A model generated the notes under the pieces. The model saw only the letters and a list, made by a program, of their open reading frames with translations, was not told where the DNA came from and did not search any database. A program made the translations under genes and the position numbers. Positions 25,270 through 37,656 of a stretch of 62,841 nt of DNA are shown here, piece after piece. The DNA is taken from positions 186,001 through 248,841 of the forward strand of contig MU005979.1 in NCBI GenBank assembly GCA_010093745.1, given 5' to 3'. This DNA is from Piedraia hortae CBS 480.64. Its lineage: Eukaryota. Position 1 is the stretch's first letter. Each line of letters starts with the position of its first letter.

Positions 25270-26910
25270 AAAGATGAAGGTCGCGTACCGTAAGGCACAG
25301 AAGGTGTTGGCTACTGCTAAGAACACGGCTAAGGTGGTCGAGTGAGGGCTGGGTATTGACGCCGATGAGTTGGGTGTATTACAGTCTGTGGTAGGATAGC
25401 TTTTCCTGCCTGTCTAATGTTTCCTGCACATATGGTGACTTATCGGTGTTGGGAATGGACAATATGTGTACAGATTGACTGTCAAAGTACAAGTATTAGT
25501 ATTAGGGTGCCGTAGGAAGGCGATGTATATTAGAACTCCTTTATCCTCAGTCTTCCTTTACTGTGTACAGAGCAATCGAAATGTGCTTTATTAAGTAGTT
25601 CGTTGCAAGCGACGGTGCTTTCCATCTCTGTCGGTGACGGAGCATCGAAAATCTTCCGGGGCCGACGTCTGCGCGTACTCATGAATTTGACGGTCCTGAT
25701 AGATTTTATTGGACTGGAACACAGTAGAGGACAACGGGAGCGTGAGTGGTAATCCTTCAGCTTATGGACATTGATGTGCTTGTCTCTTTCGGAAATAAAT
25801 ACAGCAAATGTTCCCGACATCCTTGATCTTTTGCCTTGATTACTTAGAAAAAATAGCAATTAAAAGCAGTTAACGCTGAAGGAAGAAGCAAGCCCATACG
25901 AGCACTATGTAGACTACAAAGATCCAGACTGATTATCTCGGCTATACCAATCCTCTAGAATCGGGAGTGTGTTTGGACTTGGTGCCAAGTCATTGTTCAT
26001 CACCATTGAATATGGGAGCATCCCTATTTTTCTGTTAGTTTCTGCCGTTGTGAACTTGAGAGTCTTCGGGGCATAAGGAACTGCCTCACAGACGTTTTCA
26101 ATAGAAGATGAAAAGGTACTTGAGTGCACATTCATGCAGAAATACAAGACTGCCGTTAAAGCCCTTAACGGGACACCACCCGCCGCCAGCTACGAACGTT
26201 CCAATTCCCCGACCTTTTCCTGGGTCCTAGACTTACTCTTTTGCTTCATCGCCGAGTTTAGGGAAGGGGGGGGAAATATGGTGAGGGGGGTATACTCCAC
26301 TCTCATCACGCTATATGGTCAAAACCATTGCAGTTCCTTACCCAGATATTGGAGCAAATGATAAAGTTAAGGTTTCAACACCAGGGAACGGTTCATGAAT
26401 CGCGTGGGGCGTGGAGCTTGTTTATGGTTGTCAAATTTATACAGAAGTATGTGGTTTAGTACCCGCAACAATTTTTTCCAGTGGCCCTGCTTACTGAGGC
26501 TACGCTAAGGCTTAGGCTTGGCAAATGTGTTGGACTGCGATCAGCGTCGAGGATGGGGAAGCACATCATCTGCAGTTATGAAGTCGTTGATTTTCATCAG
26601 ACCCAAGCCAGAAAGCCCCACGCTCTATTCCTCTCTACTCTGCCTATTTCATGTAACCTGTCAAGGCTGCCAAAACCATGAGTCCTCAAAAAATGTCTAT
26701 TGTACCATCTACCGCTGCAAAGGGCCTGAAAGAAACATATGCGAGAAAAATTAAGTCAGACAGTTTAATCCTACCGACTGGTACACGCTCTACTCCTCGA
26801 CTCCAGCAGCCTCACCACCATCAGCCGCCTTGTGCGAGTCCTCGATGACAGCATTGGCCTTGGCAGCAGCCAATCCCTTCTGTGCCTTACGATACGTGAC
26901 CTTCATCTTC

Positions 26911-27305
26911 GTATCCTCCTCCTCATCCTTGGCTTTCCTTCTCCTTCATCTTGATGTAGTCCTCATCGCACTCGGCCTTGCCAGCGTGGCAAGCATCGAC
27001 CCAGTCGGCATAGATATCGCAGTGCTCCATCGCTCCATCCAGTCAGCAATATATACCCCAGAACGAGGTCAACCTCACGATTCCCGAATCTACTCGTCGA
27101 AGCAAAGAAACGACGACACTCGACGCAGCGGGCGCGGCCCTCGCGATCTTTTTTGTTCAGCTCAACGACGACGGCCTTCTTGCCCTCGCAGAACATGCAT
27201 GGGAAGCGTTTGACGGGGCCAGCAGGGCGCTGGGAGATGGTTAATTGCTGCCGAAGGGGATGGCGGCGGGGTTACCTTGGCCTTACGGGCACGGCGGCCG
27301 GTAGG
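26911..27305 (-). repeat. Right arm of the 395-bp inverted repeat
   Basis: Reverse complement of 24875-25269. Confidence 0.95.
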
Positions 27306-27352
27306 GACCATGCGCTTGGCCTTGCGGAGGGGTTGGTTGGTTGGTAAGGCAT
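26923..27352 (-). CDS. ELF1: Elf1-like protein, copy 2. The first ATG (27352) is out of frame by a 1-nt deletion; an in-frame ATG lies at 27311.
   Basis: Same exons and introns as copy 1. The N-terminal segment MPYQPTNP.RKAKRMVPT is homologous to copy 1's MPYSPIDPLRKTKRMTPT. Confidence 0.72.
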
Positions 27353-30300
27353 GTGAATAGATAAGAGTGGAGGTATGGAGTGTGAGCAAGGCAGGGTAGG
27401 AGGTAATGATGATGAGGAGGGCAGAGTTGAGGAAGACAAGTAGAGGAAGTGGAGGAGGCGTGCACATAATGGCTGGGTTAAATTTTAGCGCGCATATCGG
27501 GGTGAAGTTGACGCATCGTAGACGCGACTGATGTGAAGCATGGGTGTTGCATTAGTGGGGAGATACAATTGGCTACGGAATTGCTAGCTAGAAGTTGTTC
27601 TTGTAAGCACAGAGTGTGTTGTCCAGATTGCATCTGGGTTTCTGGAGATTTCTTCCGCGATCAGGTACCATGGTGGTGTTTGAAGGCTGGGCAGTAAAAA
27701 ATTCATGGTAAGGCCAGAAGCGACGTGAACAGAAGGGGTATGACTATCGTTATCTGTGGGGAGTAGGCGCAGCTGTCATGCACTGTGGTCCATTCTGTTG
27801 ATCGAAAGGCGGTGCCTCAGTGCGAAGGGTACAGCTTTCAAATCACCGTGGGCATTAAGCTAATATTATAACTCTTGGCCTTATACGGATTGGTTGGTAC
27901 AGTATAGGTATGCAAAGAAGACTTTCCAGAGTTCTTACCTCGCAGAGTTTGATAAGCCTTGGCAAATGCGGCGGGTTGCGGATATGTATCGAGGTAGAAA
28001 CATTTCACTTCGTCTGAGACTGTTCAGTGCGTCATCCTGCCTATAACTCCGCAGTATGTCATCCTTTAATGACCACACAGTATTCCACTTGGATCAATCA
28101 ATGCTAGGAGAAGTCCCTTGGTTTGATACTGATTACGCTCATCTCATATCTTCCTCTTCTTCCAACACCACAACCTCACATCTCTGTTCTCAACCCACCT
28201 CATCATAAACATCAGCAACCATCTCGAGCGACATGCCTTCTCCTTCTGTCACTACAAAAAAAAACGTGGGAAAAAAAAGAAAAGAAAACGCGGCGACAAC
28301 GCGTGGAGATCGCCTTGTTGGACGCACATCACTGACTCTTTGCGGTAAAATTGACTGGTATATCTCGTTGAAATTTGGCAGTTTTATTATAGAATGACAA
28401 GAGTGCCAAGCTGGCTAGTTCCCGAGCGTGCTAGGCTCGGGACGACCTGTCGCCCCTTATTCGATAATTATCAGTTGCGTGATTAGGGACCGTGGGTGAT
28501 ACATATGGCAACAGGTCTCCGGCAAAATTAAGGCTCTACCTAACAATTGGAAGTCTTGGCTTTCGTCGTAAATCGATTGCCAAACGTTTTGCAATTCCTG
28601 ATGATAGGCAAAGTCCGATCCACGATTGACAGAGGCACATTTTTCGGCCACATGCTTAGCGATTTTATCGGAAGTTGAAGCTGCGGTGTGGGCCTGCGAG
28701 TCGTTTTGCCACGGCCCCACTGTGCCACGTGAGACGTGCTGCTTGGTCTGTCTTTGAGACACATATAATCGAAGCACCAGCGCTTGATGTGAAAGGAGGT
28801 GGATTAAGCTGCTAGTGGAGAGCCACAACATTGCACCAGCTTTCCTCGAATGGCGTTGAATGATTTACGTATAAGCCTACAAAGGATCGACTTATTGACA
28901 TGAATGGCTGTTGCACAGGCCACATGCTGTCGCAGATCTGACAACTGTTGATGTTAGCCGGAAGCGAGTCCCGATAGGGCAAGGGTGACTAGTAACCTCA
29001 TCTCCTCTAGAGTCTTAGAAATAGGGTAGCAGCAACAACATTGTTTTTCATGTCACTTCCCATTCCTATATTCACTAACAATACGAAAGGTATGTGGTTC
29101 GTGCGTTTGCGCCTGACACGAGGGTCCCGCACTATTTAAGGTTCTCGATTTGCAACCTCTCTCTAAGATCTCTGGTTATGAACATCCGCTCCCAAGCTGT
29201 GAGTCTCTCGTCTTAGGCTTGCCAGAGTGCGAGAGACCATCCTGGGTGATGGAGTGCCTGTCATTTGGAGATACCTCTTGCCTCCTCTGCTTTTAATCGC
29301 CGGTTCTCTATACGGTTTCATTCGGGACGCGTCGCCATCGTTTGTGGGTCGAAAACAACATAGGCAGTATGCACCCATCAAACGGGCAGCGAGCCTAATG
29401 CTAACGTGCTTTCAGCATCTAGAGTGCCCACCGGGAGTGGCTTTGTTGGCAACGACGAAAACTTCCTCGTCCATGCTGGGCGCATGCTAGTCGTACGAAC
29501 GGGCGAGAAGTACAACGACGTCTATCTGGTTGCAATGCCCACCGTATACGCCTGATGGAAAGGACACACGCAAACAACGGCGTGGATCGCCAAGTGTGGG
29601 TTCGTCAAACGGAGAAAGTCCTCAAGCCACCCGTTCAAGAGGCAGAGGGCTCGGTTGCCAAGACAACTCGCGCCCAAAAGGACACACCGACAAAGCGTAA
29701 GGGCAAGGGCCAGCAGACAGCTGAGAAAGAGGACGAGGCCAGCGAAGAGACGGGACAGAAGGACGGTGTGAATGGCGGAGCGTCCAGTAATCGGCTCAAA
29801 TGGAGCCCGTTCAACCACCAGGGTAAGCTCGTCCTTTACAGCAACGTATGGTCGACAACCTAAAATGCGACCCAGGATTTGCCAGAAAACGCACCACAAC
29901 CACCGCCAAAACCAGCCACTGATCGCGAATCTCCCAACGCATCAGCGAAGCTCCAAACGACGGTATCTGTCAAGCAAAGCCCCTGATAAAGACCTCCAGA
30001 TCGCTGTGGTATAGCGACCGAGGCAATGTATGCTGCCGCATGCTTTCTACGCAAACGCGTCAGACATGCCTCAAGCATAAGAGGTACAACTTTGCTGCAG
30101 GGCAGTCAATGCAGACCTGCTCCCCGTCTCCGCAGATTTTGGCGGTTGGTCCCTGCGAAATTGATGCGGCGGCTGCCAACTAAAGCTAGTCACTCTGGAC
30201 AGTGTCTCCACTTCCCGGCCAACCACGCCGATTGTGGCCCGCCACGGCCGTCCAACATATCCACAAGCCATGATCATAAGCCTGTGGCTCCTGAGAACTT

Positions 30301-31567
30301 CAATTGGACCCGTTCCTGCCGAATCCTGCAACAGGTGGGCTATCACGCCCAGCCAGTGGACCCGTTACCGCCTTCGTAGAGGACATCACTGTGTGCTCGG
30401 CACCGGCTTTATCACTTAAAAGAGTCAAGCAAACATGATGCTCGGCTTGGCAATCTATTTGCCCTCAATAGGGGACAAATATGCCGCCTATGAACAATCG
30501 CTACACGACATTGAACCAATCTGCTACCTCGAAATGCAGTGGACATTCAATCCACAGGGTTAAAGAACGCCGAAAATTGGGCCCCTGATGGGAAAATCAA
30601 GAGGTCGAAGGATATCACAGTAGCTCAGCAAGCTGAGCTACGTTCAAGTCCGACTACGGGCCACCATCAGCTTAATCCGCATTGAGAGCATCTTCTGATT
30701 GGTCCGTTTCCATTCTCAATCCTCTAGCTGCGTCGGCAAGTGGCGTGCCAAGTCGACATACATCCCCGTCGACGAAATGCGCGGTCGATACTACGGATAC
30801 GATACGTGATGAAGCTCGCGCCGCGGGATTGTACCGTAAGCCCGCAAATCAGACCAAGACTGGCTATCGCAGCAAAAACAAGGTCGGCAGCGGGCGCACC
30901 AAGGCCACGATCTCTAATGACAAGAACCGTATCATCACGAAGGGCGACTGCTATTCGTCATGCACCATCTTCATGCCTGCCAAAAAACCTGCCAAGGCTA
31001 TGTCAGCGTCAATTTCCGTGCTTCAGCTGGCCGACGTTGCTGAAAACAAAGAGGTTATGGCAGAAAAGGCGGCAAGGCTTCTATCGCCCATCTTGATCAA
31101 TGTTTGCCCCGCTGGCTAGGTCCGGGACGTGTGGTGGGAGACATTCGAGCTACAAATGGAACTGGAGCCAGATGCGTACCGCTGGGCTCACGGGGTAGAT
31201 ATGGAGGAGTAAACTGCGATATATGGTATTGTTACCATTCTATCACTTTCCCTTTTGACCATGCCAAGATTTTTTTCATCTGCCAAGCCTCCAACATCAC
31301 CATGATTCGCAGAAGGGATTTCCAAAGACCCAGATGCAATCTGAACAACACACTCTGCGGTAGGTCCACTTATCTAGATTTTCTGTGGGTAAAACCTCAT
31401 TATCTCAGTCTTGGCACAGTTTTTGATACAGGAGGGATATAGATTGCACATAAGACTAATCTACAAGAAGCGACTAGTGATACACATCCGAGTAGCCATC
31501 CTACAACACCGCTTCATGCCGGAGGATCAAAAGTCCACCTAAACCTACACGAGACAGCAAAGCGTGT

Positions 31568-34383
31568 CTACCAATTCTTTTTGCCTCTCCGTCCCCTTGA
31601 AGCGGACTGAAAAGGCATGGGGGTATTCTCCTCATCGCCAGCGTCAGATGGGGTGGCAGCTAAACGTTTCGATGAGCGAGTCGTCGGCCCTGGTGTCGAG
31701 ACATCCTTACTCGCGCTCTTGCCTCGGTTAGAGGATTTTGCTCTGCGAGAGGCACAGCCCCGAGGGGGGCGGGTGGAGGGTTTGGACTTTGCTTGAGCAC
31801 CTGGGAGAGGCGGAAAAATCTCATAGCGAGAGGGCGGAATTTCATCGTCAACCTCTGAAGGCGCAAAACCTGCCGGAGTCGTGCTTTGCTTAGAGACGAC
31901 AGGTGGCTTGCTGGTACTGCTTCTGCTGCGCGTGCAGAAAGCAGGAAATGAGTCGGTTTCCGCTTCTGGGGCGGGTGCGGTTTCAGCCGATGGGAGGACA
32001 ACTTCCGGGGCAACAGATTCCTCGATTGGACGCGGAGCAACGGTCTGCATTGGCTGCTGCTGAGCCTCCTGGTCGGCAGCCGCAAAGAGGGACGAAGAGC
32101 GACCCATGACGTACGGCGTCCAGCAAAGCTTGGACGGGTCCAGCCTGACTTGATTGCGCTTCTTTTCGTGCTTGTCGACGTAGTCCTGCATGAAAGCATA
32201 GTCGAGACGGAGGGCATAGGCGCCCGTGACAGGATCGCGCACGATAGACCGCAGCGCTTCGAGCGTAGAGATTACGTCGTCTGGCGTCATGCCTGTCTCG
32301 CGCGAAATGCGATTGATGGAGATGCTGGAAATATTCCCATCACGGTAGTCGAGGAGAAGCTTGCAGAGCGTGTGGCGCCAATACGAACGATACGACACCA
32401 GGCCCATGTCGGACAACGGTTTCTCCGGCGAACCAGTGCGTCTCTCGACTTTGGTGAGGAGGTAGGAAAACTCGATGAGCACGCGACCGAAGCCACGACG
32501 CATATGCACCGGCAGCACTAAGATGCAGCTAACATTGTTGCCCGGATTATTGAGGGCGGCATCAGAGGAATCAACAGGATCATCGGCTGAAGGACTTGCG
32601 CAGCCGCGTTTCTCTTTGGAGAAATAGCCAACAAAGTGGCAGCCATATTCGGTGCTCTCGGTCATGATGTAGAACAAGAATGGCTCCACATCATAGTAGA
32701 GAGTCTTGGAGCCAAGGAAGAGCTTGGCGAGCAGACAGAGGTTTTGGCAGTACAGCGGGTTCTTGCGGCCGTCAACTTCGAAAAAGGACAAGGCACTAAC
32801 TTTGCCCGTTTCCGGGTTGGTCACATTGTCCCGGTAGATCTCATCGCCGGGTGGATGCTTGGATGGGCATTTGAGCTTGTGTCTCCAGGCCACATAGTCC
32901 GAAGCCATGTATTTCAGGCAAAATTCGCAGATATACAGGTTGCGGTTGCGACTGTACTCTTCGGGGTAAGGCGCAGCATGCCACGTATCGATCTCGAATT
33001 CACCAATGTTGGCGCATCTGATCTTGCTTGCGGCATTTGCAATCTTGGAGCGCGTAGGCACCACCGTCTCTCCGGCTGCATCTCTCCTTTCCTTTAGATA
33101 CTGCTCTGCACGGCTGCGGCCGTCTAGCAACATCTGACGATCGAATTCAGTAGGGAAAGTGCGCGATGTGTCAGCCTCATCGTCGTTCAAAATACCGCCA
33201 TACGGTTTGCCCTTGGTTTCATCCGTTTCGCGGTCGGGAAAGGGATAGTAGGGATTCGTGTACATGCTGGTCTGAACCATTGGCATGAAGGTGCCGTCGT
33301 CAGACTCTGCGGTTGCAGCTTGGCGCGCGTTACGTAGTCTGCGCAGCCGATCGCGCTCGCGTCGCTTTTGTTTTCTTAGGACCTCGCGATCAATGTGATT
33401 CCACTGCATGGGAGTAACACTGATACTCATCACAAGACTGCGCGGCGCGTCAGACCGCGAAACCAACCATGCGCCCTTGCGCTTGGGCTTGGGCTGGCGA
33501 AGAGAGCGCCCGGAACGTGACCTGGGCGACGACTCATCAGCATTCAGAGGGTCAGAATCCGTTCGTTCGTTCCGGTTCAGGCTTTCAAGCGTCCCTGACC
33601 GGAGCCTCTTGAGCTCTGGCTGCGAGACGTCATCGTCCTGGGTTGAAGCTTTGCGCTTCCTAAGCGATCTCGACCCGTGGTCGCCCGGAGTGGAAGGCCC
33701 TAGAGCAGATTGAGAATTGGATTCTGCCATGGGCTTCAGGTTCCGCAGCATATTAGGCGTTGAAGGGATAGGCGCAGGAGACGGAGCTCCAGGCCCGGCC
33801 TGATCGGCCTCGAAGTCGTTTGCGACACAATCACGACACCTCCATGGGCGTGCTGGGCCACTGTCAAATTTATTTGTGGTTGGGTGCACCCAATCAAACT
33901 TACCATTGGTCAAAGTCAAAGACCCATTTTCCCGCGCACACTGGCTATGGGCTGCATATTCTGTTAGTGGGACCCTGCCAAGTCTGCTGCACTTACCGTT
34001 GTCTCCGCACACCGAGCACGCCAGATATTCCTCGTATTCTTCACTGGGATCATCGTCCTCTTCTTCATGACAAAATCTGCGAGGGTTAGCGGGGACTTCT
34101 ACATCACACAGTGAACTCACATGCAGCGATTACCGCCTGTCTGGCCAGTCTCGGCTTCGTCGTCGCTGTACCATTTCGAAGCCTCAGAGTCGGATTCCTC
34201 TTCGCTAGCCACACTGGACCCTTCGGACACCGCTCTTTTCCTTCCATACTTCGCTGGCTTTGTCTTTACTCCGCTTACAACCTCGTAATCTTCGTCCTCT
34301 GCGCCGTTTACTGCCTGTTTGGGTAGCCCCACAGGCACATCCTCAGCCGTCTCCGAATCGTGGCCGTCTTCCACACGCAACAT
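31568..34383 (-). CDS. SAS3: MYST-family histone acetyltransferase (Sas3-like) with N-terminal PHD-like finger; start uncertain
   Basis: YICEFCLKY..HKLKC zinc finger, HPPGDEIYR, FVGYFSKEK, GSPEKPLSDMG. An intron-split Cys/His finger near 34120-33820. Confidence 0.9.
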
Positions 34384-34958
34384 GTCGGTGCCGTTTGCTC
34401 GATAGTGCACGCCCCGCCCGCGCAGCCTTGCCTGCTTGGGCGGGCTCTGGTTGATGACCACAGTCGCCACTTTGGCGGACGCTAAGCCCCGGTCGGACTC
34501 CCGCGAGTGCTGGCTCTTCGACGTGGAAGCAAACCGGTCTGTCCGACTTGGATGGCTAGGCGGATTGCTGCTGTACCGTGTCGCGGGTTTGATGTCCTGT
34601 TGTGGCCCATACGCGCGTCAGGACCAGATGGAAATGTGAGTGTAGGTATCGCTTACCTACGGCAAGAGGTACTTCCAGACTATTGAATATGTCGATGCGA
34701 CACCGAAACTGCAGTTTATAGGCTTGTAGCGGTAGGTTGGCGCTGATGAGAGCCCTATTGTGTTGTGCGTTGGGGCATAGGCGCGATATGGGTGCGACAA
34801 AAGTCGTGGTAGGGGTTCCCCGCCAGAATCCCCGTGATGTGCCAAAAGTCGAGCGCATACTGTCACGTCTTTTGTCCGCAACGTTAGACACCCGAGAGCT
34901 ATCTTGGTCCGCAACGACTGTCTCAACTTCACCGACATCCTGCCCTACCAGCGTCATC

Positions 34959-35415
34959 ATGGTTAGTGGCAGCGTGAATCACGTAGTACGATGCTGATGC
35001 TGCGTTCCAGGGTGTGCCTTTCGAAGCGTTACTTCCTTATGGCATCATGGTGGTGTAAGAAAGTCGCTTCAGACTGTGTAATCCAGCGACTGACAGCCTA
35101 GGATGTTTGGGGTTACCGGCGGCGGGCTGTCTGGCATTAGATACATTCAGAATGGCGGCAAAAAGGCGAGGCGGTCAGTAGACCAATGGGACAAGAACAG
35201 TGAGTGCTTGGAGGATGGCAGAGGGCACGCGACAACTAACTACAAGGCAGTGATGGAACGGGACATGCGTCTCACAGGCTATCGCCGCGGCCAAACAGAC
35301 AATGTCAAGGCCCCTTACATGTTCGAATTAACGAATCCTTGGCGGGTATGTTGGTTGGTGAGCTTTGTACAGGCAATTCTAACTGCTTATACAGGTGGAG
35401 CCCGTGTATATGTAG
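34959..35415 (+). CDS. NDUFA1: NADH:ubiquinone oxidoreductase subunit NDUFA1 (MWFE), multi-exon
   Basis: M|GVPFEALLPYGIMV|..MFGVTGGGLS..DQWDK|..MERDMRLTG..NPWR|VEPVYM*; four GT..AG introns. Confidence 0.88.
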
Positions 35416-35654
35416 AGATGTGTCAATTGCGTATCATATTCGAATACCCGTTCAGCGAACCAGCATGTTGTGCTGCACTATCAACTGTGATACATTTCCG
35501 GACCCAAATGGTGCAGTGACTATACATGTACTGGAGTACTATTGTTGACAGGTATGCGTCAGATCTTACGTAGCTGCAGTACACAGAACCATCTTCCTGC
35601 AAACAACTTATGGGGCTTAGATAGCTCCATGATAGCCTAGCAAGTTGTACTGGC

Positions 35655-37601
35655 ATGAGTCCTGCCAATCTATTTTCGTTCCAACTAGCGCCCGCCAAGC
35701 CAACTGACTACCAGCGCAGCGGAAGATTGGCAGACGCCAAGACCGAATGGGGGATTTGCTACGGCGCTGGCCAATTGCAGATGGAGGAACCGACGTATCT
35801 GCGGCCCGACCGGTACAGCGGTGGGCGCCACAAGGCGGTGATGCGCGACGAATGGGTTGACAATGACATGGTCTCCCAAGAGATGCGCACCTTTTACACA
35901 CCGGCCGAGGAGCTGAACGGGTACAGCTTCGGCCCCGAGCCGACCGAATCGCCGCTGGCAAGTCCCAAGGAGGCTCCAGTCACGGGAGAAGTGCAGCAGG
36001 ACGCCGTCGGCCGTCATCTGTTGCACGAGAGTGCACTGGCGGACGTCCAAGGCTTCCAGGTGCTGAACATGGACCAGGTGGACGATCTGAAGAAGGAAAA
36101 GTCACGTCTTGAAACGAGAATCGAAGCTACGAGACGCAAACTGGTGCTGGAGTCCAAGGTCAGGGACGCCGCCAACAACCTGCAGCGCCTGTATTCCGCA
36201 AGCAGCCCCAAAGCCAGAATAGGCAGCGGCGTACCCCCGAGTCCAGACAGTCCTCGACGGTCTCGTGATAGCCTTCTCCTGCGGCGGAGCAGCATCCGGG
36301 ACTCTACGTTGTCCAAAGCCGAGGACGATGCGGCGAGCGAGGCAGCAGCGAGTTCCAAGAAGCTGGAGGAGCTCCATGCCGACCTTGATACCCTCCGAGA
36401 CCAGCAGCAGGAAGTAGAGAGGAAGCTGTTGAGGCACACGGCCGCCGTTCTGGCCAAGCCATGGCATCAAACGACCCATAGTCCAATGCCGTGGAATACC
36501 AGCCCCGAGGACGATTTGACGGCCGAATTTGACCTCATCCGGGACATCAGTCCTTCAGGTAGAAGCCTCAAAGACGAGCTCCGAGCACAACACGAGCAAC
36601 AAATCAGCCAGATCCAAAGCCGTGTTGACCGTCTTAACTCCCAACTCCGACTAATATTAAACCAACCGAGCCCCCAATCACCCACTGGTGAAATCTCCGA
36701 CCACCTAACCCAACTCGAAACCCACCTCTCAGCCCTCCAAACCGAATTCCAAACCCTCCAAACCCAATCCCAAGCCATCAACACCCGCCTTCAAGACCTA
36801 AACTCCCGCTTCCCCGAATCAGAAATCCCTCCGGACCCCTCACCCGAGTCCCAACTCTCTGCTCTAACCATAAACCTCCTCTCCCTCCAACAATCCTCCC
36901 AAGCAACAAGCTCCACCCTCCACGGGCACGAAACCCACCTCCAAACCCTCTGGTTGAATCTCAACCCCGACGAAACAACCAAAGGCTCATTCACCCTCCC
37001 GGAACTAACCTCCCAAATCCTCACCCTCCAAAACGATCACACAACCCTCCAGAGTACCCACCAATCCCTCACAGAAGAACACACCACAGCCCTCCAAACT
37101 CTCCAATCCCACGAATCAGAACTCATCCGCCTAACCTCCGAACTAGCAATAACAAAAGCCGAGCTCGACGCCGCGCACGGAAGTCGATCCGAGCGCGCCG
37201 CCCGCGAAGCAGCCCTCGCCCAACCAACCCAGGATATCAATGAATGGAAATCCCGCGCCACAAATCTCGAGTCCGAACTAAACGGCATGACGTCCGCGTT
37301 TGAGGATCTCATGCGCGAAGCAATCCGTCTGGAGCGCGAGCGCGGTCAGCTAGAGGATGTGATTGATGAGTGGAGGGCTCGGTGTGAGGCTTCGGAGGTG
37401 AAGTTGGGGGATTGGAGGCTTGATTCGGTCGCTGGGATGAAGTTGTTGAGAGAGGAGTTTAAGAAATTAGTTAGGGAGAGTAGAGCTGAAAGTGTCAAGG
37501 TTTTGAGAAGGGAGAGGGAGTTGAGACGCTTCGCGGAGGAGGAGGTTAGGAGGTTGAAGAAGGGGGTTGGGGTTAATGGGGTCATTGATGAGGAGGGCTG
37601 A
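35655..37601 (+). CDS. Coiled-coil protein with 'up-regulated during septation' (Uds1) domain
   Basis: VDDLKKE..RIEATRRKLVLESKVRDAA and KLLRHTAAVL motifs; long coiled coil. Confidence 0.8.
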   Translation: MSPANLFSFQLAPAKPTDYQRSGRLADAKTEWGICYGAGQLQMEEPTYLRPDRYSGGRHKAVMRDEWVDNDMVSQEMRTFYTPAEELNGYSFGPEPTESPLASPKEAPVTGEVQQDAVGRHLLHESALADVQGFQVLNMDQVDDLKKEKSRLETRIEATRRKLVLESKVRDAANNLQRLYSASSPKARIGSGVPPSPDSPRRSRDSLLLRRSSIRDSTLSKAEDDAASEAAASSKKLEELHADLDTLRDQQQEVERKLLRHTAAVLAKPWHQTTHSPMPWNTSPEDDLTAEFDLIRDISPSGRSLKDELRAQHEQQISQIQSRVDRLNSQLRLILNQPSPQSPTGEISDHLTQLETHLSALQTEFQTLQTQSQAINTRLQDLNSRFPESEIPPDPSPESQLSALTINLLSLQQSSQATSSTLHGHETHLQTLWLNLNPDETTKGSFTLPELTSQILTLQNDHTTLQSTHQSLTEEHTTALQTLQSHESELIRLTSELAITKAELDAAHGSRSERAAREAALAQPTQDINEWKSRATNLESELNGMTSAFEDLMREAIRLERERGQLEDVIDEWRARCEASEVKLGDWRLDSVAGMKLLREEFKKLVRESRAESVKVLRRERELRRFAEEEVRRLKKGVGVNGVIDEEG

Positions 37602-37656
37602 TGGGGAGGGCTGATGGGGAGGGCTGATGGGGAGGGCTGATGGGGAGGGTTGATGG
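37592..37656 (+). repeat. Five copies of the 13-mer GGAGGGCTGATGG spanning the Uds1 stop codon
   Basis: Directly visible; the last copy has one substitution. Confidence 0.95.

Noticed and set aside
24875..27305. Inverted repeat as transposon TIRs
   Set aside because: The arms are spliced gene bodies; I found no transposase or target-site duplication in or around the spacer.
29227..31119. Scattered 90-145-aa ORFs
   Set aside because: I could not build a coherent gene model or recognise a family; possibly decayed genes.
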